64,000 nucleotides of DNA from Candidatus Eiseniibacteriota bacterium (GTDB taxonomy: Bacteria; Eisenbacteria; RBG-16-71-46): positions 800,001 through 864,000 of the forward strand of contig CAVSAC010000014.1 of the NCBI GenBank assembly GCA_963725865.1. The letters run 5' to 3'. Shown piece by piece: positions 18,520-26,408 of this stretch (its first letter is position 1; each line of letters starts with the position of its first letter). The notes under the pieces are model-generated. The model ran no database searches. It was not told the DNA's origin and saw nothing but the letters and a program-made list of their open reading frames with translations. A program made the position numbers and the translations under genes.

Positions 18520-20349
18520 ATGCCGCGGCTTCCCGTGCTGGGGCCCGACTCGGGCTTCGCGCGGCTGATCGAGCAGGTCACCCGCGGGCTCCTCACCCCG
18601 CGCGGCGCGCGCGCCGCCACCATCGGCGCGGCGTTCGTGCTCGCGTTCGGACTGATCGCGATGCTCGCTTTCGTGCAGGTGTCGTCCACGCCGACTTTCT
18701 GCGGCAGCATCTGCCACATCATGAAGCCCTACTACCAGTCGTGGAAGCACTCGAGCCACAACAAGGTGGCGTGCGTCGAGTGCCACATCTCGCCCGGCGT
18801 GACCGCCGAGATGCGCAAGAAGTTCGAGGCCATGTCGATGGTCGCGAAGTACATCACCGGCACCTACGGCACCAAGCCGTGGGCCGAGGTGGACGACGCC
18901 GCGTGCCTGCGCTGTCATGAGCGCCGCCTGCTCGAAGGCAAGGTGGACTTCCACGGCGTGACCTTCGATCACACGCCGCACCTCACCGAGACGCGGCGCG
19001 GCATGAAGCTGCGCTGCACCTCGTGCCACGGCCAGCTCGTCCAGGGCACCCATCTGACCGTGACCTCGACGACCTGCGCGATCTGCCACTTCAAGGATCA
19101 GAAGCCCAACGAAGGACTCGGCCGCTGCGTGCGCTGCCACCAGATCCCCGAGCGGGTGGTCGGCGTGGGCCGAGTGAACTTCGATCACACCCAGGTGAAG
19201 ACGCTCGGCATGGACTGTCGCTCGTGCCACGCGGGCATCGTGCAGGGGAAGGGCGAGGTGCCGCGCGAGCGTTGCGTGTCCTGCCACAACCAGCCCGCGC
19301 GGCTGGCCGAGTTCGGCAACTCCGACCTGCTCCACCGCAAGCACGTGACCGAGCACAAGGTGGACTGCGTCGAATGCCACATGGTGATCGAGCACGCGCA
19401 GCGGCCCGCCACCACCACGGCGGCCGCCACCACGACCGAGGACGCCGGCACCTGCGGCACCTGCCACGGTTCGGGCCACAACGCCCAGCAGCTGCTTTAC
19501 GAGGGCCGCGGTGGGCGCGGCGTGCCCGTGATGCCCGGTCCGATGGCGGTCGCGGGGGTGTCGTGCGAAGGCTGCCACAGCGCGGCGTTGTCGGCGGACG
19601 GCGCCGCCGCCGGGAGCCTCGGCGTCCACACGCTGCGCTCCAACGAAGTGGCCTGCATGTCGTGCCACGGCCCGGCGTACCAGGCGATCTTCCGGGCGTG
19701 GAAGGCCGGGGTGGACGAGCGCGTCGGCGCGCTCCGCAGCCAACTGGACGCCAGCGTCGGCGCGATGGGCGTGTCCGCTCCGCAGTCGTTCGAGGATGCG
19801 CGTGCCAACTTCCTGCTGGTCGAGCGGGGCCGCGGCGTGCACAACGTGAACTTCTCCTATGCGCTGCTCGACAAGGCGTGGGAGCAGATGAACGGCGCCC
19901 GCCACGAGAAGGGCCTGGGACCTTTGGCTCGCCCGTGGACCGTGATCGCGCCGGCCTCGGCGGCGTGCCTGAACTGCCACGTCGGCATCGAGTCCCAGTC
20001 GGGAGAGTTCCAGGGCAAGGCCTTCGAGCACCGCCGGCACCTGGTCGCCGCCCGGCTCGACTGCGCTGCCTGCCATCGTCCGCACGCGGAGCGCGCCCCG
20101 GGCGAAGTGGTGAAGTTCGGCCCGGGCGGCTGCGCGCCGTGCCACCACCGCCCCGGCACCACGGCCAACGAGGCGGCGTGCGGCAAGTGTCACCGCGACG
20201 TCCGCCATCGCACCCTGCCGTCGTGGCGCGGCGAGTTCGCCCACGCCGCGCATCTCGAGCAGGGGCTGGAGTGCGCGTCCTGCCATGACGCCCGCGGCGG
20301 TGATCCACGGCCGCAGAAGCGTGCGTGCACGCAGTGCCACACGGACTGA
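18520..20349 (+). CDS. NapC/NirT/NrfH-type membrane cytochrome extended to 18 hemes
   Basis: N-terminal TM, SSTPTFCGSICHIM (CX3CH), SWKHSSHNKVACVECH; 17 CxxCH + 1 CX3CH. Confidence 0.85.
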   Translation: MPRLPVLGPDSGFARLIEQVTRGLLTPRGARAATIGAAFVLAFGLIAMLAFVQVSSTPTFCGSICHIMKPYYQSWKHSSHNKVACVECHISPGVTAEMRKKFEAMSMVAKYITGTYGTKPWAEVDDAACLRCHERRLLEGKVDFHGVTFDHTPHLTETRRGMKLRCTSCHGQLVQGTHLTVTSTTCAICHFKDQKPNEGLGRCVRCHQIPERVVGVGRVNFDHTQVKTLGMDCRSCHAGIVQGKGEVPRERCVSCHNQPARLAEFGNSDLLHRKHVTEHKVDCVECHMVIEHAQRPATTTAAATTTEDAGTCGTCHGSGHNAQQLLYEGRGGRGVPVMPGPMAVAGVSCEGCHSAALSADGAAAGSLGVHTLRSNEVACMSCHGPAYQAIFRAWKAGVDERVGALRSQLDASVGAMGVSAPQSFEDARANFLLVERGRGVHNVNFSYALLDKAWEQMNGARHEKGLGPLARPWTVIAPASAACLNCHVGIESQSGEFQGKAFEHRRHLVAARLDCAACHRPHAERAPGEVVKFGPGGCAPCHHRPGTTANEAACGKCHRDVRHRTLPSWRGEFAHAAHLEQGLECASCHDARGGDPRPQKRACTQCHTD

Positions 20350-20705
20350 GCGGGCGCGGACCGCGGCGGGGAGGGGCCACCCCGCCATCGGCTGGATCTC
20401 ACTGAACGAGTGTTCAGCATTGCCCGGGGGCGGCGCGGGGCCGCTTGTGATTTTCCTTTCATGACCCGTCGCGACCGCCTAGTCTCTCAACGTCATGTGC
20501 TCGTGGTGAGGGAGTCTGGACTCCCCGCGAATCATGACGGCAGCATCACGGGCCTCCGCCCGGGTCCCTGGACCCCCCACCTTCCGCGGAGGCGCCTGTC
20601 CGTGCACGGGTGCGACGATCCCGCCGGGGTCGCCGCGATCGCGCGACGTCACTCGTCCCTCCCGCTCTCGTGGGACGACCTTGGCCCGCGCGGAAGGAGG
20701 GTGGG

Positions 20706-21438
20706 GTGAGAGTCCCCGAGCAGATCCAACGCCTCGCCGTCGTCGTCGCACTCCTGGTGATCGCCATCCTGCTGGTCCGCTTCGTGGCCATCCCGCGGGC
20801 GTATTTCTCGACGCCGATGCACCGGGCGAGCACCGTGGCGCGCGAGATGGCCCGCCCCGTGAGCTTCGCGGGCGCGCAGGCCTGTCGCCAGTGCCACGAC
20901 GACGTGTACGAGATGAAGAGCAACAGCTTCCACAAGGGGCTCGCATGCGAGATCTGCCACGGGCCCTCGCAGAAGCACGCGAACGATCCGATGGCGGTCA
21001 AGCCCCCGGCGCCCCGGGACCGCAAGTTCTGCCCGGTCTGCCACGCGTACGACCCCGCGCGCCCGACTGGCTTCCCGCAGATCAATCCGATGACGCACAA
21101 CCCGATGATCCCCTGCATCACCTGCCACAACCCGCACGACCCGACGCCTCCCGAGACGCCCCGCGAGTGCTCCGCCTGCCACGCGCAGATCGAGCACACC
21201 AAGGCGCTCTCGGCTCACGCGCTGCTCCCGTGCACGACGTGCCATGTGGCCAGCGAGGAGCACCGGCTCCATCCACGGACCGCTCGTCCCACCATCCCGA
21301 CGACCCGCGAGTTCTGCGGCACGTGCCATGGCGAGGGGGCGACCGCAGGGGAACGCTCCAAAGGTCGACATCAGCACCCACAACGCGCCCTACCTGTGCT
21401 GGCAGTGCCACTATCCCCACCTTCCGGAGGCCCGGTGA
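20706..21438 (+). CDS. Membrane-anchored octaheme cytochrome c, interrupted by a 1-nt frameshift near 21335-21351
   Basis: AAGGAGG RBS and GTG start. 7 CxxCH in frame; the 8th (CWQCH) and the TGA that overlaps the next ATG lie in the +1 frame. Confidence 0.75.
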
Positions 21439-22214
21439 TGAACAAGCGCCAATTCCTGAAGGGGGTGGTCCTCTTCTTCCCGGCGAGCGTGGCTCTCAAG
21501 ACACTGGCCGAACTGGGCACTCCCCGCTACGCGAGCGCCGCTGAGGCGGCCGCGACCGGGGACGGGTACGACCCGAGCCAACACTGGTACGGCATGGGCA
21601 TCGAGGTGGACAAGTGCATCGGCTGCAACCGGTGCGCCGAGGCCTGCAAGGCCGAGAACAACGTCCCCGACGAACCCTATTTCTTCCGCACCTGGGTCGA
21701 GCGCTACACCGTGAAGAAGGACGGCGCCACGGTGCAGTGCATCAGCACGCAGCCGCGGCGCACCGACCAGACACCGTTGCCGACGGACGAGCGGGACGCC
21801 CTGCGCAGCTTCTTCGTGCCCAAGCTGTGCAACCACTGCGCGCATCCGCCGTGCGTCCAGGTGTGCCCGGTCGGCGCGACGTTTTCGACTGTGGACGGCG
21901 TCGTGCTGGTCGACAGCAAGCGCTGCATCGGCTGCCGCTACTGCATCCAGGCGTGCCCCTACGGTGCGCGCTATCTCAATCACCACACCAACACCGCCGA
22001 CAAGTGCACGTTCTGCTACCACCGCGTTCGCCAGGGGCTGCTGCCGGCGTGCGTCGAGGTGTGCCCCACCCAGGCGCGCATCTTCGGCGATCTGAGCAGC
22101 AAGGCCAGCCGCCTGATGCGCTTCCAGCGAATGAACAAGATCAACGTGCTCAAACCGGGTCTCAACACCGAGCCCAAGGTGTACTACGCCGAGCTCGACG
22201 GAGAAGTCCGATGA
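21438..22214 (+). CDS. NrfC/TtrB/DsrO-like 4Fe-4S dicluster protein
   Basis: Tat-like NKRQFLK, CIGCNRCAEAC, CNHCAHPPCVQVCP, CIGCRYCIQACP, KCTFC..PACVEVCP. Confidence 0.9.
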   Translation: MNKRQFLKGVVLFFPASVALKTLAELGTPRYASAAEAAATGDGYDPSQHWYGMGIEVDKCIGCNRCAEACKAENNVPDEPYFFRTWVERYTVKKDGATVQCISTQPRRTDQTPLPTDERDALRSFFVPKLCNHCAHPPCVQVCPVGATFSTVDGVVLVDSKRCIGCRYCIQACPYGARYLNHHTNTADKCTFCYHRVRQGLLPACVEVCPTQARIFGDLSSKASRLMRFQRMNKINVLKPGLNTEPKVYYAELDGEVR

Positions 22215-23434
22215 TCGCGATCCTCGCGCAGACCCCGCCCTACCTCGCCGAGCTGATGAAGCAGGTCATCGGGTACATCTATCCCAACGAGATCGAGATC
22301 CACTGGTCGATCCTGATCGTGGTCTATCCCTACCTCACCGGGCTGGTCGCCGGCGCGTTCATCCTGGCGTCGCTGGTGAAGGTGTTCAACGTCGAGGCGG
22401 TGCGGCCGACCTACCGCCTGGCGTTGCTCACCGCCCTCTCGTTCCTGCTCATCGCGCCGCTCCCGCTCCTGCTCCACCTCGGCCACCCCGAGCGCAGCTT
22501 CGAGATCTTCCTCACGCCCAGCACCACGTCGGCGATGGCAATGTTCGGCTTCGTCTACGCGTGGTACCTGATGGGGATCCTGCTGCTCGAGGTGTGGTTC
22601 GAGTACCGCCGCGATCTGGTGCTGCTGGCGTCGCGCACGCGCGCGCCGCTGAGCTGGCTCTACCGCCTGCTGTCCCTGTTCAGCACCGACCTCAGCGACC
22701 GGGCGATCGCGTTCGACAAGCGGGCGATCCGCATCATCACGCTGATCGGCATCCCCTCCGCCTTCCTGCTACACGGCTACGTGGGGTTCATCTTCGGCTC
22801 GGTGAAGGCGAATCCTTGGTGGGGCAGCGTCCTCATGCCGATCGTGTTCCTCATGTCGGCGATCGTGTCGGGGATCGCGCTGGTCCTGTTCCTCTACATG
22901 GTGATCACCAGCGCGCGGAACCAGCCGATCGACATGAAGTGCCTCGACACCATCGGCGGCTACCTGTTCTACGCGCTGATCGTGGACTTCGCACTGGAGT
23001 CGCTCGACTTCATCCACCGGCTGTACGCGAGCGAGGAGTCGGTCAACATCCTCAGCCAACTGGTGGCGCTCAAGCTGTTCGTGACGCTGGTCGTGCTCCA
23101 GATCCTGCTCGGGATGTTCGTGCCGCTCGGCATCCTCGCCATCACCAAGGCCGCGAAGTTCAACCCCGACCTGCGCAAGCTGCTCTACTTCGTCTCGGCC
23201 ATCCTCATCCAGCTCGGCATCTTCAGCATGCGGTGGAACGTGGTGATCGGCGGCCAGCTGTTCTCGAAGAGCTTCCGAGGCCTCACCGCCTACAAGATGG
23301 AGATCATGGGGATGGAGGGCCTGCTCACCTCGCTGGCGCTGCTGGTGATGCCGTTCGTGATCCTGACGGTGCTGCTGCGACTGCTGCCCACGCAGCCGCA
23401 GCCGCAGTCCGAGCCCGCATCCGTGACGGCGTGA
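22211..23434 (+). CDS. NrfD/PsrC-family membrane quinol-interacting subunit
   Basis: WSILIVVYPYLTGLVAG, LHLGHPER, LHGYVGFIF, MRWNVVIGGQ. ATGA overlap. Confidence 0.9.
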   Translation: MIAILAQTPPYLAELMKQVIGYIYPNEIEIHWSILIVVYPYLTGLVAGAFILASLVKVFNVEAVRPTYRLALLTALSFLLIAPLPLLLHLGHPERSFEIFLTPSTTSAMAMFGFVYAWYLMGILLLEVWFEYRRDLVLLASRTRAPLSWLYRLLSLFSTDLSDRAIAFDKRAIRIITLIGIPSAFLLHGYVGFIFGSVKANPWWGSVLMPIVFLMSAIVSGIALVLFLYMVITSARNQPIDMKCLDTIGGYLFYALIVDFALESLDFIHRLYASEESVNILSQLVALKLFVTLVVLQILLGMFVPLGILAITKAAKFNPDLRKLLYFVSAILIQLGIFSMRWNVVIGGQLFSKSFRGLTAYKMEIMGMEGLLTSLALLVMPFVILTVLLRLLPTQPQPQSEPASVTA

Positions 23435-23455
23435 GCCGCAGTCCCTCCGGCCAAC

Positions 23456-23489
23456 ACGAACGCGGCGGCCTCACGGCCGCCGCGTTCGT
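23456..23489. terminator. Perfect 15-bp hairpin between convergent operons
   Basis: ACGAACGCGGCGGCC-TCAC-GGCCGCCGCGTTCGT. Confidence 0.7.
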
Positions 23490-23518
23490 CGTCGCGGTCG
23501 CGCGGGGAGGCGTCCCGG

Positions 23519-24769
23519 TCAGGATTCCATCTGGCGGATCTTCAGGACCAGGATCGCGATCAGCAGCAGGATGACGCCCAGCGATGAGGCCATGCCGAGG
23601 CGCCGCGAGCGCCAATCCGCGAGCGCGGCCGCGCCGTAGCTGTCGGCCCGGCCCGCCAGCTCGGCGCCCTGGGTGAGCCCCGCGCCGATGGCCTCGGCGT
23701 CGAAGCTGTGGACGGTGGCGCGCAGCGAGACCACCTGGTCCTGCGCCTCCTTCCACGCGGCGCGACCAGCGCTGGTCTCCATCCCGCGCAGTTCGGCGAG
23801 GTGGAGCAGGCTGTCGCCGCGCGTGACCTGGTGCCGCAGCGCCGCGAAGCGAGCGAGGAGCCCGGCGGTCAGCCGGTCGCCGCGCGAGCCCGCGACGTGG
23901 CAGCGGCTGCACAAGCCGTCGCGCCCCGACGCGAGCATCGCGTCGGTGGGGTGTTGGATGCCGTGGTTGCTGTGGCAGCTGACGCAACCGGGCTTGCCCT
24001 GCCGGTCCATCGCCAGCTTCATCGCGCTCTTCTCGAACAGCTCCGCCTCGCGCCCGTGGCACGTCCCGCACACCATCGTCACCTGTCCCACGCCGGGCGG
24101 GGCGGCGCCGTGGTTTCCGTGGCAGTCGTTGCACGCCGGGGCCGAGACGTCGCCCTTCTCGAGCAGCGCGATGCCGTGGACGCTCTTCGAGTACAGGGCG
24201 AACTGGTCGGTCCGCACCGTGCGGCCCTTCATGTATTCGGCGTTGTGGCAGTGGGCACAGGTCTTCGGGACGTTGGAAGGGTAGACCGGCGAAGCGGGGT
24301 CCTTCACCGAGAGGATGCCGTGCACACCGTGGCAGTTGGTGCAGGTGGCGACCTTCTGGTCGCCCTCGGCCTCGCGTTTGCAATGGACGCTGGTGCGGTA
24401 CTCGTCCACCGAGAAGATGTAGGGGCGCGGATTGTAGCGCTTCATGAACGCCGCGTCGGCGTGGCAGCGCGCGCACATCTCGGCCACGTCGCCGCGGCGC
24501 TTGAGGGCGCGGAAACCCTTCGCCGGGTCCATGGCATCCACGTCGTCGCGGCTCGGGTCACCACCGTGGCACGAGACGCAGGTGAAGCCGAGCTTGGCGT
24601 GGATGTCCTTCGCGAAGCCCGCGATCGGCGCGGAGATGCGCGGCTCGTCCTTGAACATGCTGTGGCATTCGACGCACGAGTCCTTGGCCGCCGCCGGCGC
24701 GGGCCACACGGCGGTCAGCAGCGCGAGCAGGACGGCGGCGGGCAGCGTGCCCCGGTGGGCGCGGCTCAT
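23519..24769 (-). CDS. Membrane-anchored nonaheme cytochrome c (copy 2)
   Basis: Signal peptide, 9 CxxCH and C-terminal TM; paralog of 17295-18518 (CVSCHGG, HGAAPP shared). Confidence 0.87.
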   Translation of the reverse strand: MSRAHRGTLPAAVLLALLTAVWPAPAAAKDSCVECHSMFKDEPRISAPIAGFAKDIHAKLGFTCVSCHGGDPSRDDVDAMDPAKGFRALKRRGDVAEMCARCHADAAFMKRYNPRPYIFSVDEYRTSVHCKREAEGDQKVATCTNCHGVHGILSVKDPASPVYPSNVPKTCAHCHNAEYMKGRTVRTDQFALYSKSVHGIALLEKGDVSAPACNDCHGNHGAAPPGVGQVTMVCGTCHGREAELFEKSAMKLAMDRQGKPGCVSCHSNHGIQHPTDAMLASGRDGLCSRCHVAGSRGDRLTAGLLARFAALRHQVTRGDSLLHLAELRGMETSAGRAAWKEAQDQVVSLRATVHSFDAEAIGAGLTQGAELAGRADSYGAAALADWRSRRLGMASSLGVILLLIAILVLKIRQMES

Positions 24770-25836
24770 CGGTGGCCTCCCACGTAGACCATCGCCGTGA
24801 AGACGAGGATGTAGAGCACCGCCACGGCCCCGGCCGCGGTCCACAGCCGCGCGGGCGTGGCGCGCACCGGGCCGCGGTCGAGGAAGGGCGTGAGCGCCCA
24901 GACGCACGCGGCGGCCCCGATCCCGAGGATCCCGACCAGCTCCCCCTCGATGCCGGCGATCCGCGCCGGCAGCATCCGCAGGGTCTGGAACATCCAGCCG
25001 AAGTACCACTCGGGCTTGATACCGATCGGCGCCGGGGCGTACGGGTCGGCCTTCTGCCCCAGCTCCCACGGGAACAGCGCCGCCAGCAGCGCGAGCAGGC
25101 CGAGCGCGGCGAGCCAGCCGACCGCGTCGCGCAGCAGGAAGTTGGGCATGAAACGCATCTCCCGGGGAGGCGGCTCGCGCTCGGCGATCGACGGCGGAAC
25201 GCTCATCCCGTGCCATTGCACCAGCCAGAGGTGGAGGCCGAGCAGCGCGGTCGCGATCGCCGGGAGCACCGCGATGTGGATGCCGTAGAAGCGCGTCAGC
25301 GTGCCGCCGGTGATCTGGTCGCCGCCGCGCAGCAGCCGGCCGAAGAAGGGCCCCACGAACGGCACGGCGTCGACGATGTCGGTGCCGACCTTGGTCGCGA
25401 AGAAGGCGAGCTGGTTCCAGGGCAGCAGGTAGCCGCTGAATCCGAACCCCATCGCCAGGGCCAGCAGCGCCATCCCGGTGAGCCAGGTCACCTCGCGCGG
25501 CGCGCGGTAGGACTTCAGCATGAACGCGCTGAACATGTGCATCATCGCCGCGCCGATCATCAGGTTCGCGCTCCACGAGTGGATGGAGCGGATCAGCCAG
25601 CCGAACGAGACCTGGCTCATGAGGAAGCGCACGCTCTCGTATGCGTCGTCGGCGCTGGGCCGGTAGTAGAGGACCAGCAGGATGCCGGTCGCCACCTGCA
25701 CGCCGAACAGGAACAGGGTCATCCCGCCCCAGTAGTACCAGAACGTGTGCCGGTGGACGGGCACGCGCTTCTTCTCGACCAGGTGGAGGGCGGGCTCCAG
25801 CCCCAGCCGCTCGAGCAGCCAGTCGCGGAGGCTCAT
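24766..25836 (-). CDS. Cytochrome b of a Rieske/cytochrome b complex (copy 2, canonical)
   Basis: YYWGG, RSIH-X13-H, RFYGIH-X14-H, GYLLPW, PEWY. Confidence 0.92.
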   Translation of the reverse strand: MSLRDWLLERLGLEPALHLVEKKRVPVHRHTFWYYWGGMTLFLFGVQVATGILLVLYYRPSADDAYESVRFLMSQVSFGWLIRSIHSWSANLMIGAAMMHMFSAFMLKSYRAPREVTWLTGMALLALAMGFGFSGYLLPWNQLAFFATKVGTDIVDAVPFVGPFFGRLLRGGDQITGGTLTRFYGIHIAVLPAIATALLGLHLWLVQWHGMSVPPSIAEREPPPREMRFMPNFLLRDAVGWLAALGLLALLAALFPWELGQKADPYAPAPIGIKPEWYFGWMFQTLRMLPARIAGIEGELVGILGIGAAACVWALTPFLDRGPVRATPARLWTAAGAVAVLYILVFTAMVYVGGHR

Positions 25837-26264
25837 GCGCCGGCCGCCTTGTCGACCAGGATCTCGTCCCCGACCACGTGCACCTCGAAGCGCTCGAGCG
25901 GACGCGGGGGCGGGCCGGCGACGTTGCGGCCCTCGAGGTCGTACATGCCGTTGTGGCACGCGCACCAGATGGCCTTCTGGTCACTCCGGTACTGGACCGT
26001 GCACCCGAGGTGAGTGCAGACCGCGGTGAAGGCGCGGTACTGGCCGTCGTGCGTCCGGATCAGGATCCCGGGCTGCGAGCCGAACGGGAAGGTCTTGAAG
26101 GCGCCCGGGGCGAGTTCGTCCTTCTTCGCCGCAACCACGCGGCGGGTGGCGGCCTCGGGCAGGCGCGGCGGCACCAGATAGCGCGTGATGGGATACAACA
26201 CGAACGCGCCGAGCGCCGTGCCCGAGAGCTTGAGCATCCAGTCCAGGAATGTCCGGCGCTTCAT
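25833..26264 (-). CDS. Rieske 2Fe-2S subunit (copy 2)
   Basis: GGAGG RBS, Tat KRRTFL, CTHLGC, CACHNG, GPPPRPL. Confidence 0.92.
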   Translation of the reverse strand: MKRRTFLDWMLKLSGTALGAFVLYPITRYLVPPRLPEAATRRVVAAKKDELAPGAFKTFPFGSQPGILIRTHDGQYRAFTAVCTHLGCTVQYRSDQKAIWCACHNGMYDLEGRNVAGPPPRPLERFEVHVVGDEILVDKAAGA

Positions 26265-26408
26265 GCGGCCTCCTCTGCCTGCGTCGGTGTCGGCCGAGCC
26301 CCCTCGGTGATCGACCCCGATCACCATACCGGCGGCATCGCCACCGACCAACGGAAAGATGCGCCGCGCCGCCCGGCGGTCACGACCGGGCGGCGCTCGG
26401 CGCGCGAC

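Noticed and set aside
20610..22214. 534-aa cytochrome/ferredoxin fusion as called by the ORF track
   Set aside because: An internal Tat signal and an out-of-frame eighth heme motif show two genes joined by a frameshift.
20706..23434. Alternative complex III, nitrite reductase or polysulfide reductase
   Set aside because: No ActB molybdopterin-like domain, ActD/E/F, NrfA (CxxCK) or PsrA in the window.
23519..25984. 821-aa ORF, and similarly extended ORFs such as 11444-13342, 39143-42367 and 60645-63545
   Set aside because: The N-terminal parts overlap other real genes; the true starts are internal, at RBS-supported or stop-overlapping codons.
26305..26325. GGTGATCG-ACCC-CGATCACC as an FNR/CRP box
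   Set aside because: The half-site spacing fits neither consensus; it may be just a small hairpin.
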